In this document: positions 19,956 through 29,155 of the stretch, piece after piece | Numbering within the stretch: the stretch's first letter is position 1 | How the letters are laid out: each line of letters starts with the position of its first letter | DNA from: a virus | DNA: 64,000 nt | Reading direction: 5' to 3' (one strand) | Virus record (IMG/VR): IMGVR_UViG_2643221865_000002 | The notes under the pieces: model-generated | What the model saw: only the letters and a program-made list of their open reading frames with translations | What the model was told of the DNA's origin: nothing | The model's database searches: none | Program-made: the position numbers and the translations under genes

Positions 19956-20492
19956 TCAACGCTCCTGGTTGTACACGTCGCCGTCGTTCACAGCGATCCG
20001 CAGGCGCGGCCCGTGGTCCTTCTCGAGGGTCTCGCCCGTGTCGATGCCGATGAGCGGAAGGCCAGGGGTGGTGCTGGACCAACCGGCCCAGATGTTGATC
20101 GGGACGGCGTCACCTTCGGCTGTGCGGTAGGTGACGTAGCCGTCCTCGACAACCGGGATGAACATGCCACCCTCACCGTCGACTGCGTCCTGCTGACTGG
20201 GCGTGAGGCCCGACTCCGGGTCAGCCGGCGCCGGCACAGTGGAGGGTGCGACGGGAAGCTGCTCGCGGAGCAGGTCAGCGAGGACACCGACCAGGTCGGT
20301 CATCGCGTCCTCGTGCGTCTCGAACGACTCCTGCTCGTTGTCGTAGTCGTTCAGCTCCTCCATCTCGGCGACCTCAGCGGTGCGAGTCGCTTCGACCTGG
20401 TCGAACGTGGCGAGGATCGCGCGGGCGCGGACCTCCCAATTGCCTGTGATGGTCTCGCCGGTGACGGGGTTGGGCAGGATGTTCTTGGTCAT
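19956..20492 (-). CDS. hypothetical acidic protein
   Basis: 178 aa with RBS GAAGGAG. A motif copy lies 26 nt upstream. Confidence 0.6.
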   Translation of the reverse strand: MTKNILPNPVTGETITGNWEVRARAILATFDQVEATRTAEVAEMEELNDYDNEQESFETHEDAMTDLVGVLADLLREQLPVAPSTVPAPADPESGLTPSQQDAVDGEGGMFIPVVEDGYVTYRTAEGDAVPINIWAGWSSTTPGLPLIGIDTGETLEKDHGPRLRIAVNDGDVYNQER

Positions 20493-20516
20493 GGGTGATG
20501 CTCCTTCTTCTCATCA

Positions 20517-20532
20517 CCAACATGTGCGGACC
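20517..20532 (-). promoter_or_regulatory. conserved motif copy
   Basis: 26 nt upstream of 19956..20492. Confidence 0.55.
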
Positions 20533-20569
20533 AGATGGCTTCTGGACGCCGAGTTGGATGACCCGTGTA

Positions 20570-23500
20570 TCAGCGCAGCTCGAACTCGAACCGGATCAGC
20601 GGGTTGACGTTGGCGCTCACGCCGATGGCGTATTTCCCGTTCTGGGAGATGACGAGCCTGTAGAAGATCACCGGCACAGCCGTTACGTGGTCAGTTCCAG
20701 ACACGCCGCTGTCGATGGAAGTCCACACCTTCCCGTCAGGGCCCGCTGCGATGATCCTCTTACCATCGCCGGACACGGCGATCGATTTCCACAGCCGGGG
20801 GCCGCCAGCATCCAGCGAGGTCCAGTTCGCGCCGTCGTCGGTGGACTTGTAGATGTTCTCGGTGAGGCTGGACACCGCGACGATGGTCGACCCGTCGGCG
20901 GAGAGCCGAGCGTCCACCCAGGACTTCGACGCACCGATCGTGGTCCAGGCTCCGTTCTTCCACAGGTACAGCTGGGCGGTGCCAGAGGCGCGAGCCAGGA
21001 TCTTCGTGCCGTCCGCCGAGACGGAGAGGCCCTGGTACGTCTTCGACGGAGGGCTCAGTTGCGTCCAGGTGCGGCCGCGGTCGTCGGAGTAGTTGATGGC
21101 GGTGCTCGCAGCGACCACGATCCGTCCGGTGTCGGCGGCGACCGCGACATCTCTCGGGCTCGAGGATGCCGAGCCGGTGTACTCGTAAGTGGCGAACTTG
21201 TCCGTGGTGACTTTCACGTTCGATGCCCCGAACCCGTAGAAGGTGCCGCCATCAGGTGCGACGGCGATCTGGTCCCAGGCGTAGCCGGCGCCGCTGGAGA
21301 AGCTGCGTTCCGACCAGGTGAGGCCGTGGTCGGTGGAGTACAGCAGCGGACCGGTGCCCGTCGGGTCGGCGAGGATCGTCTCTCCGTCCTTGGAGAACGC
21401 GATGTTGTCCCAGGTGCGGGCGGGGACGCCGGTGCTGCCGAAGTTCTTCCCGCCGTCGGTGGAGACCTTGATCATCGTGGATGCGTCAGACGCGACCAGC
21501 GAAGCGATGGAACCGTCCTTGGAAAACGACCCGCGGATCCAGTCATGGTTGGAGCTGTTCGATACGGACCAGGTCGCACCGCCATCCTCGGACAGGTATG
21601 CGAGCTGACCGCCGCGGTCCAGCGCCATCTGCTTGGAGCCGTCACCGTTCGCGGTGAGGGCGTAGAAGTACGTGGACCCGGGCAGTGTGTTCGTCCAGGT
21701 GACGAACCCATCGGAGGACTTGTACACCTTGTTGACGAGGCTGGCCATGGTGACCTTCCCGTCCCGGGAGATGCCGACGGAGTCGAACGACAGCCCACCG
21801 CCGGATGCCAGCTGCCGTTCATCCCAGGTGCGTCCGTAGTCGACGGAGTAGTACAGCGGGCTGGTGCTGGTCTTGTCGGCGATGAGGGTCTTCCCATCGT
21901 CGGATGCGACAACGTTCGTCCAGGTACGAGCGCCGGACCCGCCGGTAATGTGGGCGACGCTGTCTGCGGTGCGGAACACCGGGTCGGCAGCGGTGGCTGT
22001 GGCGAAGTTCCCACGGACGCCGTCACCGGACAGCGCGACCCGCCGCCAGGACTTCTCGAACCCGGCGAACAGCGTCCAGTTCGTGCCACCGTCGACGGTC
22101 TGCACAACCGAACCGCCGTTCACCATCACGACGGAGTTGCCGGTGGTCGACGAGGCGATCGAGTAGACACCCGTCGCGTTCGTGGTGGTGCGGATGTTGG
22201 TGGAAAACTGATTGTCGGACTTGTAGAAGTAGATGGACGCGGCCGCGAACACGTACGTCCCGTCGCGGGAGATGCCGACGGCGTCGAAGCTGGTGGACCC
22301 GGTGAACCGTTGGGTCCAGGTGTGGCCGTAGTCGATGGAGGTGTACAGGTACCCGGTCGATGAGTGGTCGGCGATCAGCTTGGAGCCGTCGTCTGATGCG
22401 GAGATCCCAGTCCAGGTCTTAACGAGCGACCCGGTGCTGGTCAGCCAGGATGCCCCGTGGTTGTCGGTGTAGGTGAGAGCGGAGGCAGCTTTGGCTGCGG
22501 TGAGGTGCTGCCCGTCGTTGGCGACGGTCATGCCTCCCCAGGTTGTGGCGGTGCCGGCTCCCGAGTCAGGCCAGGTAGCCCCGCCGTCGTCGGAGAGCAG
22601 GAGGCCGCCCGCGGCGATGGCCGCCGCCATGTGGTCGCCGTTGCCGGAGATCGCCACTCGGGTCCAGGCCTGAGAGGTGCCGCGTTGGGTCCAGGTTTCC
22701 CCGCCGTCAGTGGAGGAGTACAGGAATCCTGGGTTCGACGCTGCAAGGACTTTCAGTCCGTCGGCGGAGACGGCAATATCGGAGTAGCTGGCGAGCGGCC
22801 CGCCGACGGTCCAGGTGACCCCTCCGTCAGATGATGCGGTGATGCTCGCGCCGGTGGCTGTTGCGGTCATGTGCAGTCCGTCGTCGGCGATCGTCACGGC
22901 TGACCAGGTGCCAGTGAGTGCGCCGGGCCGTGCTGTCCAGACGACGCCGTCGTCGGAGGTGTAGACGGTGTCGGCGGTGGCAGCGGCGATGAAGTGTTTC
23001 CCGTTGCCGGAGATGCCGACCTTCGTCCAGGGCTTCGGAGCACCTGCCACGGCCGCCCAGGTAGCGCCCTTGTTGGTGGAGATGAACAGCTGCCCGGTCG
23101 CGGTTCCTGTCGCCGCGATGATGGTCTTCCCGTCGGCTGACATGGCGGAGTCCGTCCAGGTTCTGGTGCCGGACCCTTCCAGGGCGTACGACGCCAACGT
23201 GGCGACCTTCGGTGGGGCTGGCGGGCCCTCGGGGACCTCGACACCGCCCAGCTCGTCGAGGATGGCCACGTATTCGATGTCGGTGACGCAGCCCGGTGAC
23301 GCCGTCTCAGATGTCGGTGTGAAGATGGTTGTGTTGCCGCTGACGGTCGCGAACACCCCTGAGCCTGACGCTGACTTCACCACGGCGAGGTAGCAGGCCC
23401 CTGCACTGTCGGTGTCGACGGTCAGGTTGGGTGTGTTGTCGGAGTTGTGGTGGCCGGCGTCGGCGGCGTCCGGTTCGAGCAGCTTGGCTGTGACCAGCCC

Positions 23501-23728
23501 AGCAAGATCCGTGTACCTGTCTTCGGGGCCAGCCTGCATGGATGCTTCCGCGACCTGGACCTGACGGAGGTTCTGCCGGGCTGCTTCATCCTGTGCCCAT
23601 GGGATCGCGGCGAAGACGGTGCCTCCGATGATCCCGCCAACGAGCGCGATGACGAGGACGCCGACCATGACGGAGGCAAGGTCGATCGCCGCCCGCGGGT
23701 TGCGGATCGTGTGGATGGCTCGGAGCAC
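20570..23728 (-). CDS. giant BNR/Asp-box repeat protein (sialidase-like beta-propellers) with pilin-like N-terminal anchor module
   Basis: Fourteen or more S-x-D-x-G-x-T-W repeats (STDGGETW, SDDGGATW, SIDYGHTW, SVDYGRTW...). N-terminus LRAIHTIRNPRAAIDLASVMVGVLVIALVGGIIGGTVFAAIPWAQDEAARQN is shared with 26141..27964. The GTG start at about 23728 aligns with the paralog; the ORF-track TTG is at 23743. Confidence 0.7.
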   Translation of the reverse strand: MLRAIHTIRNPRAAIDLASVMVGVLVIALVGGIIGGTVFAAIPWAQDEAARQNLRQVQVAEASMQAGPEDRYTDLAGLVTAKLLEPDAADAGHHNSDNTPNLTVDTDSAGACYLAVVKSASGSGVFATVSGNTTIFTPTSETASPGCVTDIEYVAILDELGGVEVPEGPPAPPKVATLASYALEGSGTRTWTDSAMSADGKTIIAATGTATGQLFISTNKGATWAAVAGAPKPWTKVGISGNGKHFIAAATADTVYTSDDGVVWTARPGALTGTWSAVTIADDGLHMTATATGASITASSDGGVTWTVGGPLASYSDIAVSADGLKVLAASNPGFLYSSTDGGETWTQRGTSQAWTRVAISGNGDHMAAAIAAGGLLLSDDGGATWPDSGAGTATTWGGMTVANDGQHLTAAKAASALTYTDNHGASWLTSTGSLVKTWTGISASDDGSKLIADHSSTGYLYTSIDYGHTWTQRFTGSTSFDAVGISRDGTYVFAAASIYFYKSDNQFSTNIRTTTNATGVYSIASSTTGNSVVMVNGGSVVQTVDGGTNWTLFAGFEKSWRRVALSGDGVRGNFATATAADPVFRTADSVAHITGGSGARTWTNVVASDDGKTLIADKTSTSPLYYSVDYGRTWDERQLASGGGLSFDSVGISRDGKVTMASLVNKVYKSSDGFVTWTNTLPGSTYFYALTANGDGSKQMALDRGGQLAYLSEDGGATWSVSNSSNHDWIRGSFSKDGSIASLVASDASTMIKVSTDGGKNFGSTGVPARTWDNIAFSKDGETILADPTGTGPLLYSTDHGLTWSERSFSSGAGYAWDQIAVAPDGGTFYGFGASNVKVTTDKFATYEYTGSASSSPRDVAVAADTGRIVVAASTAINYSDDRGRTWTQLSPPSKTYQGLSVSADGTKILARASGTAQLYLWKNGAWTTIGASKSWVDARLSADGSTIVAVSSLTENIYKSTDDGANWTSLDAGGPRLWKSIAVSGDGKRIIAAGPDGKVWTSIDSGVSGTDHVTAVPVIFYRLVISQNGKYAIGVSANVNPLIRFEFELR

Positions 23729-23764
23729 CTTGTGGCCTTTCAAACTTCTTCGGTTCTCCGTGAA

Positions 23765-23780
23765 GTCATGTGGCGGACGG
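23765..23780 (-). promoter_or_regulatory. conserved motif copy (class 2)
   Basis: Upstream of the BNR gene. Confidence 0.5.
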
Positions 23781-23785
23781 ACGTC

Positions 23786-24673
23786 TCAGCGGCTGGGGAA
23801 GGACCTCGCCAAACCGTCGGCCGTCGGTCTGTACCCGAGCAGCTCTGTCGCCGGCTCGATGTCGAAGGTGCGGTCATGCCCGAATTGGAGGAGGGAGTAG
23901 TACGACAGCTGCGCTTTCAGCGGCAGCTTCGACGTGATAGCCGACACAGCCAGCGCCGCATCGACAGGGATGTTCAGCACCCGGTGCGGGCCGAGCGCCG
24001 AGAGTGCCGCTTCCCGGACAGTGATCGCTTCAGGGTCGGTGATGTTGAACGTGTTCACGCCGGGGAGGGCCGCATCTACGGCGCAGAGGATCGCATGGAC
24101 GAGGTTCCCGACCCAGGTGAACTGATGGACGGCGTGGCCGCCGTTCGGCAGGGGAAGGACGCCGAACCGTCCGAGCCGGCGGAGCGTTGGAGCGAAGCTG
24201 GCGTCCCCCGCTCCGTACACCGCGTGTGGCCTGAGGATGGCGGCGTTCCGTCGGAGACCGGTGATCAACCCTTCGGCGGCGAGCTTTGACGGGCCGTACG
24301 AGTTGAGGAACGGGTAGAAGAACGATGCGTCTTCCGTCTTCGTGTTCACCGACGGTTCGGACATGTTGTAGACGGCGGCGGAGGACAGGTGGATGAAATG
24401 CCCGTCGGAGAGTTCGAGGGCCGCTTGGGTGAGGCGGATGTTGGCTTCCTCGATCTCTTCCGACCAGCCGTCGCGGGTGTCAGCGGCGCAGTGGATGACG
24501 GTGGCGTCACCGAACCACGGCATCTTCCCGAGCTCGAAGTCGGTGCGGTAGAACTGCACATCCGACCCGGACCTGCGCCCCACCTCGGTGACGTTGTGGC
24601 CGGCGTTCCGGAGCGCAGCCACGGTTCGTGAGCCCACGAACCCGCTGCCTCCGGTGACGACGACGTCTGCCAT
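23786..24673 (-). CDS. NAD-dependent epimerase/dehydratase (SDR family)
   Basis: Rossmann motif VVTGGSGFVGS and catalytic YGPSK. Confidence 0.8.
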   Translation of the reverse strand: MADVVVTGGSGFVGSRTVAALRNAGHNVTEVGRRSGSDVQFYRTDFELGKMPWFGDATVIHCAADTRDGWSEEIEEANIRLTQAALELSDGHFIHLSSAAVYNMSEPSVNTKTEDASFFYPFLNSYGPSKLAAEGLITGLRRNAAILRPHAVYGAGDASFAPTLRRLGRFGVLPLPNGGHAVHQFTWVGNLVHAILCAVDAALPGVNTFNITDPEAITVREAALSALGPHRVLNIPVDAALAVSAITSKLPLKAQLSYYSLLQFGHDRTFDIEPATELLGYRPTADGLARSFPSR

Positions 24674-25422
24674 CAGGCCGCCCGGAACAGGGCTTCGATC
24701 GCGGACCGGACCTGACCGTCGGAGTCGTAGCGGAGCTTGTCCGCGGCGAGGATTCCGATGTTCGGGTTAGATGCGACGGCCCGGCGGACCGTGACGGTGG
24801 TGTCGCCGGCGAGGACCAGGAGCAGATCACTGGGGGTGGCCGGGTTCGCAGCGACCGCACGGCGAACACCGTCGTCGCTGTCAGCTGCTGCGTTGGTGAG
24901 CAGCTCGACGGTCAGCTGCGAGTTCTCCGCTGCGTTCTGGCGGACGTACGCGTCAGGGTGATCGATGAGCGCTTCGAGGACGTCGACCGGTGTGTGCGGG
25001 TTCTCCGCGATGGTGGCGAGTGGGATCTCTGCATGCCCGGACTCGACCATCTCCCGCAGCTTCGCCGGGCTGGTCTTCAACGAGCGGGCGAGGGCGCGGA
25101 TGACGTCGTGGGTTTCGTCGTCGTACAGGTCAGCGATCACAGCGGCCGGGGTGGCGGAGTTCGCGACGACGGCGGCGCGGACGTCCGGGTCGTCATCGTG
25201 GGAGAGGACGGTGAGCAGGTCGGTGCCGGCGGTTTCGTTCGTGGCGACCGCGACTCGGAGACGCTCGTCGGCGGAGTGGGCGAGCACCTCCAACAGCTCG
25301 AGCGGGGTGTCATACGAGTCAGCGACCCGAAGCCAGTACTCGATGCCGACAGCTTCGATCAGGTCCGACACGGTGAGCTCGTCAAGGTCGAAGTGGGCGT
25401 CGTTGGTGGAAGGGGTCGTCAT
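24673..25422 (-). CDS. leucine-rich repeat variant (LRV)/HEAT-like repeat protein
   Basis: Repeats of the form ..L..L..D.D..VR.AVA.NP.TP. The internal ATG (MTTPSTND...) is chosen because the ORF-track N-terminus overlaps the HAD gene region. Confidence 0.5.
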   Translation of the reverse strand: MTTPSTNDAHFDLDELTVSDLIEAVGIEYWLRVADSYDTPLELLEVLAHSADERLRVAVATNETAGTDLLTVLSHDDDPDVRAAVVANSATPAAVIADLYDDETHDVIRALARSLKTSPAKLREMVESGHAEIPLATIAENPHTPVDVLEALIDHPDAYVRQNAAENSQLTVELLTNAAADSDDGVRRAVAANPATPSDLLLVLAGDTTVTVRRAVASNPNIGILAADKLRYDSDGQVRSAIEALFRAA

Positions 25423-25430
25423 GCCGGAAA

Positions 25431-25447
25431 GCCATGTGGCGGAATGG
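25431..25447 (-). promoter_or_regulatory. conserved motif copy (class 2, N10 before ATG of LRV gene)
   Basis: In the divergent region with the HAD gene. Confidence 0.5.
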
Positions 25448-25458
25448 TGCACGGCCCT

Positions 25459-25475
25459 CCCCGCCACATGTCTCC
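25459..25475 (+). promoter_or_regulatory. conserved motif copy in plus orientation (CCCGCCACATGTCTCC, N10 before ATG 25481)
   Basis: Its orientation follows the plus-strand HAD gene. Confidence 0.5.
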
Positions 25476-25480
25476 CGGCC

Positions 25481-26116
25481 ATGCACGCCCGCGCCACCTG
25501 GACTGACTCCATCGCCCGCCAGATGACCATCGCCGCAGCCGCCGGCAGGAACGTCATCTGGGATTTCGACGGGACCATCGCCGACACTGAACATCTGCAC
25601 GAGGAGTCATTCCGGGCGGTGCTTGCCGTCCGAGGGTTCCACGTCCCCGACGACTACTTCGAGGTGAACTTCGGCGGGTCAGAGGAAGCGATCTGGCTTA
25701 CCCTCCGCGACGTGCACGGTGCGCCGATCGACGAGATCGCAGACGTCGTGGCCGAACGGAAAGACGTGTACGCGACCCTCGCTCAGCAGGTCGAACCCGG
25801 CTGGCTTGTTGAAGACCTCGCACCGGCATTCGAGCAAGTCGGTGCGGTCCAGTACGTGATCTCCAACGGTCAGCACGACACCAACGCCGACCTGATCCGG
25901 CGGTTCGGGTTCCACGACCTCCTCCGCAGCGTCAACCGGGGCACCCGGGACAAGTCCGACTTCTACCCGGAGCTGCGGCCTGCTGTCATCCTCGACGACC
26001 GCAGCCACTACCTCGGCCGCGGGAGGACGCTCGGCGCCCTCACCGTGGGTGTGCACAACAACCGGAATCGCGGAGCGCAGCTCGGCGCCGACGTCACTGT
26101 GGACATCGCCGCCTGA
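25481..26116 (+). CDS. HAD-superfamily hydrolase
   Basis: Motif I VIWDFDGTIADTE. The start at 25481 is preferred because a sense-orientation class-2 motif copy lies 10 nt upstream; an alternative ATG is at 25525. Confidence 0.7.
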   Translation: MHARATWTDSIARQMTIAAAAGRNVIWDFDGTIADTEHLHEESFRAVLAVRGFHVPDDYFEVNFGGSEEAIWLTLRDVHGAPIDEIADVVAERKDVYATLAQQVEPGWLVEDLAPAFEQVGAVQYVISNGQHDTNADLIRRFGFHDLLRSVNRGTRDKSDFYPELRPAVILDDRSHYLGRGRTLGALTVGVHNNRNRGAQLGADVTVDIAA

Positions 26117-26140
26117 GCTGCTCCCCGCTTTGTCGGTGTC

Positions 26141-27964
26141 CTACTGAGGCGGGATGATCGCCGGCGCCGTCATGCCAGCCCTTCCCCACATCCACACGTT
26201 CCCGCTGGTGTCCAGAGCTGTGACCCTGTACCCGCTGACGTCCACAGACGCGAACGTTGTCGTTCCGACGGTGTCCAGCAGCCTCGGCGTGCCCTGAGTG
26301 AGAGGAGAAGCCCCGAACCCGAGAGACAGACCAGAGCTGTTGTTCGTGCCCCACGTGTAGATGTGTCCGTCTTCGTCGAGGGCTGCGGCAGCTGAGGAGC
26401 CTACTGAGAACTGCTTGAACTTCGCCGATGGGTACGCGCCGAGGTTAGCGGCAACGGGCGTGGCGGAAGTGACGGATGCCACTCCGGTCCCTGCCTTGCT
26501 GAGGCCGGCGATGCCCCACGTATAGAGCTTGCCGTCTGTTCCGATGGCGATGGCCTGGTACCCGTAGATCTCCACCGACTTAAAGGTGGTGGTCCCAAAC
26601 ATCTGTGTGGGCACGGAGAGGGTCACGACTCCAGATCCGCCGAGAACGCTCCCCTGGTCGGACTTGCCCCACATCCAGATGTGGTCGTCGACGTCGAGGC
26701 CGATCCCGACTGCTCCGGTTGCGTATGTCTGAGTGGCGCTGATGTGCTTGAACTTGACCGATGTGGGGATCTTTGTCGGCTTTACTGTGTCCGAGGCGGC
26801 GCTACCCAGAAGGTTTCCTGTGCTGGAGCCCCACGAGTAGATGTCGCCGTCCTGGGACAACGCGATCGCAGCGCTGGTGGCAGCAGCTACTTCCTTCCAC
26901 TTCACGCCGGCGCCGATCTGCGCGGTCCGGGACGCCGGTGTGTTCACAGGTTGTCCGTCGCCGAGGGCGGTTCCACCCTGGCCCCACATGTCTCCCTGGC
27001 CGTCAATGATGTAGGTCCTGCCGGCTCCGTTGGTGGAGATCGCAACGGCCGGCTTCGTGAAGTTCGTCAGCTGGGTGATCACGTCGGTGGTCCCCGACTT
27101 CACGTACTGGTAGATCCGGCCGCCCTGATCGCTGACGATCTCAACGTCGGTGTTGTTTCCGGCGAACACCGGGTCGGTGGTGATGATGATCTGGCCGGCG
27201 ACCGGGGAGCTCGTCCCGCCGTCGTTCGTGGCGGTGAGGGTGAAGTTGGAGACGCCGATCTGGTTCGGGGTCCCAGAGATGACGCCCGTGCTCGCGTCGA
27301 GTGCGAGTCCGAGCTTCGACAGGCCGTCAGCCGGCTGGACCGCGAATGTGAACACGGTCGGGCGGCCTGTCGCGGAGATCGTGACCGGACCCCAGACCTG
27401 CCCGACCTTCCCTGCGGGCAGAGTCGGGACCGTGAGAGTCGGGGCGATCGGGAGGACGGGCGGCGGGGGCGGCGGGGTGAAGTCGTCGCCAGGTAGCGCG
27501 ATTCCTGCGATGACGTCCTTCAGCGGACGGAGCAGTGGAGCGCAGAAGTCTGCGTGGGTGCTGTCGGCTTCGGACTTGTAGTCGCGAACCGTGGGGCTCT
27601 GGGAGGTGGTGTAGAAGAAGCTGCCGTCCCCTGACCTGATCGCTGCGACCCAGCAGGTGCCGTCCGTGTCGGTGGTGACGTCGAGGGTTGTCTTGTGCTC
27701 GATCAGGTCGACCGGCGCGGTTGACAGGATCCCGTACTCCAGATACTTCCCGCCAGCTTCCGGCAGCATCTTGGCGAGGGACTCAGCGACCCGCACGGTG
27801 GCGAGGTCCTGCTTCGCGGCTTCGCGCTGCGACCAGGGAATCACACCGAACACGGTTGCGGAGATGATTGACCCGACGAGAGCGATGACGATGACGCCGA
27901 CCATGATCGATGCGAGATCGATCGCAGCTCGGGGGTTCCGGAGGAGTCGGAGAAGGCGAAGCAC
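26141..27964 (-). CDS. RCC1-repeat beta-propeller protein with pilin-like N-terminal anchor module (paralogous N-terminus to 20570..23728)
   Basis: GTG start. N-terminus MLRLLRLLRNPRAAIDLASIMVGVIVIALVGSIISATVFGVIPWSQREAAKQ. C-terminal repeats DIYSWG, HIWMWGKSDQGSVLGG, KLYTWG, HIYTWGTNNSSGL and NVWMWGRAG. Confidence 0.7.
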   Translation of the reverse strand: MLRLLRLLRNPRAAIDLASIMVGVIVIALVGSIISATVFGVIPWSQREAAKQDLATVRVAESLAKMLPEAGGKYLEYGILSTAPVDLIEHKTTLDVTTDTDGTCWVAAIRSGDGSFFYTTSQSPTVRDYKSEADSTHADFCAPLLRPLKDVIAGIALPGDDFTPPPPPPVLPIAPTLTVPTLPAGKVGQVWGPVTISATGRPTVFTFAVQPADGLSKLGLALDASTGVISGTPNQIGVSNFTLTATNDGGTSSPVAGQIIITTDPVFAGNNTDVEIVSDQGGRIYQYVKSGTTDVITQLTNFTKPAVAISTNGAGRTYIIDGQGDMWGQGGTALGDGQPVNTPASRTAQIGAGVKWKEVAAATSAAIALSQDGDIYSWGSSTGNLLGSAASDTVKPTKIPTSVKFKHISATQTYATGAVGIGLDVDDHIWMWGKSDQGSVLGGSGVVTLSVPTQMFGTTTFKSVEIYGYQAIAIGTDGKLYTWGIAGLSKAGTGVASVTSATPVAANLGAYPSAKFKQFSVGSSAAAALDEDGHIYTWGTNNSSGLSLGFGASPLTQGTPRLLDTVGTTTFASVDVSGYRVTALDTSGNVWMWGRAGMTAPAIIPPQ

Positions 27965-27982
27965 AGAGATGACACGTCCTAA

Positions 27983-27999
27983 CGGCTGACGGTCAGCCG
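27983..27999. promoter_or_regulatory. perfect 17-bp palindrome cggctgac-g-gtcagccg between motif and start of 26141..27964
   Basis: 8-bp arms with a 1-nt centre. This looks like an operator for a dimeric regulator, or a tight hairpin. Confidence 0.35.
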
Positions 28000-28003
28000 G
28001 CTC

Positions 28004-28019
28004 TCAGACATGTGGCAAG
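28004..28019 (-). promoter_or_regulatory. conserved motif copy (class 2)
   Basis: Upstream of the RCC1 pilin-like gene. Confidence 0.5.
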
Positions 28020-28051
28020 TGCCCCACCGAGCCGGCGCCCTCGGTCCGGTT

Positions 28052-28684
28052 CTACGAGCCTGCTTTCTGTTCGTCGTACTGGGCGATGACCGTGACGATC
28101 CCCCACAGTGCCCACAGGAATCGGTGGGTGTAGACGGTGAAGTCGTTCTCCCAGACGTCGTAGAACCGGCAGTCTCCGAACTGGAACTGGTCGATGGCGC
28201 GTCGGAGTTCGGAGTCGTCGTCGGCGTAGCAGGCGAGCTCCTGCGCGACAGCGTCTTGGAGATCCTGCTTCCAGGCGTCGTCGGCGTCTGCGTTCTCGTC
28301 GAGCCAGTCGGTGACGGTGTCGTCGAGGAACTCCATGACGGCGTCGACTGAGTGCTCCTTGAAGTCGGAACTGGCTGTCATCTTCTCGCCCCAGTAGTGC
28401 GGGTTGATGCCGCGCTTGCCGCGGAAGAACTCGAACATGTCGTCGAGGCGTTCGAAGACGTAGGTGCCGGTGTCGCCGTACACGGTGAGGGCGCCGGGTG
28501 TGGTGATCACGTTGAACGAACCCCAGCCGGTGCCGGGCGCGCCGTAGTACAGGTGCCGGTACACGCCGTCGTCGCGGACGATGGTGAGCCGGTGGTTCTT
28601 CGTGTCGTCGAGGAAGGCTTCGCGAACTTTCAGATCGCGGGCGGCTGCGGTGCTGAGGGTCGGCTCAGCTGTGGTGGCGGTCAT
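28052..28684 (-). CDS. hypothetical acidic protein
   Basis: 210 aa of clean coding. ATGA-type overlap with the upstream gene. Confidence 0.6.
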   Translation of the reverse strand: MTATTAEPTLSTAAARDLKVREAFLDDTKNHRLTIVRDDGVYRHLYYGAPGTGWGSFNVITTPGALTVYGDTGTYVFERLDDMFEFFRGKRGINPHYWGEKMTASSDFKEHSVDAVMEFLDDTVTDWLDENADADDAWKQDLQDAVAQELACYADDDSELRRAIDQFQFGDCRFYDVWENDFTVYTHRFLWALWGIVTVIAQYDEQKAGS

Positions 28685-29052
28685 CGGAGGACCAGGCCGT
28701 AGAACGGGCCGGGACGATTCGGCTCCTCGAAGTTGGCGAACTCCAGCGCCCAGTCGAGGCGCTTCATCAGGACAGCGAACTCGAAGTCGGTGAACTGGGG
28801 ATACGCGCGCTTGTTCGGCCTCAGGAACTCAGGGTTCCACTTCGGAGCCGCCTCGTGGAATAGCGACACCTTCGCGTGGCTGTAGATGTGGAGGTGGATC
28901 TGACCGCCCAGGAGGTACATGTGGAAGGAGTCTCGCTCCGGCGTGTACCCGTACACCAGGGTGCGCTCCGACTGGTCGTGCAGGTCGGTGACGCTGAGCC
29001 GGTCGGGCTCGTTGGCGAGCAAGCCCAGTTGGGCGAGTTGATCGGTGTTCAC
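28681..29052 (-). CDS. hypothetical protein (GTG start with RBS GAAGGAG)
   Basis: The C-terminal 124 aa of ORF 28681..29430 are coding; the N-terminal part is Ser/Thr/Arg junk. A motif copy lies at 29106-29120. Confidence 0.5.
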   Translation of the reverse strand: MNTDQLAQLGLLANEPDRLSVTDLHDQSERTLVYGYTPERDSFHMYLLGGQIHLHIYSHAKVSLFHEAAPKWNPEFLRPNKRAYPQFTDFEFAVLMKRLDWALEFANFEEPNRPGPFYGLVLR

Positions 29053-29105
29053 GTGATGCTCCTTCAGGATGCGTGCCGGCAGGTGTGGCCTGGCTACTTC
29101 ACAGC

Positions 29106-29120
29106 CCTCATGTGCGGAGC
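29106..29120 (-). promoter_or_regulatory. conserved motif copy
   Basis: Upstream of 28681..29052. Confidence 0.5.
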
Positions 29121-29155
29121 TGTAGAGAACTGTCGGTACCCGGCCCGGTGGATAA

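Noticed and set aside
20570-23743. Canonical type IV prepilin cleavage site in the shared N-terminal module
   Set aside because: No G|F-T-L-I-E-like motif precedes the hydrophobic helix (the sequence is RNPRAA-IDLAS). I therefore call it only pilin-like, not a confirmed prepilin.
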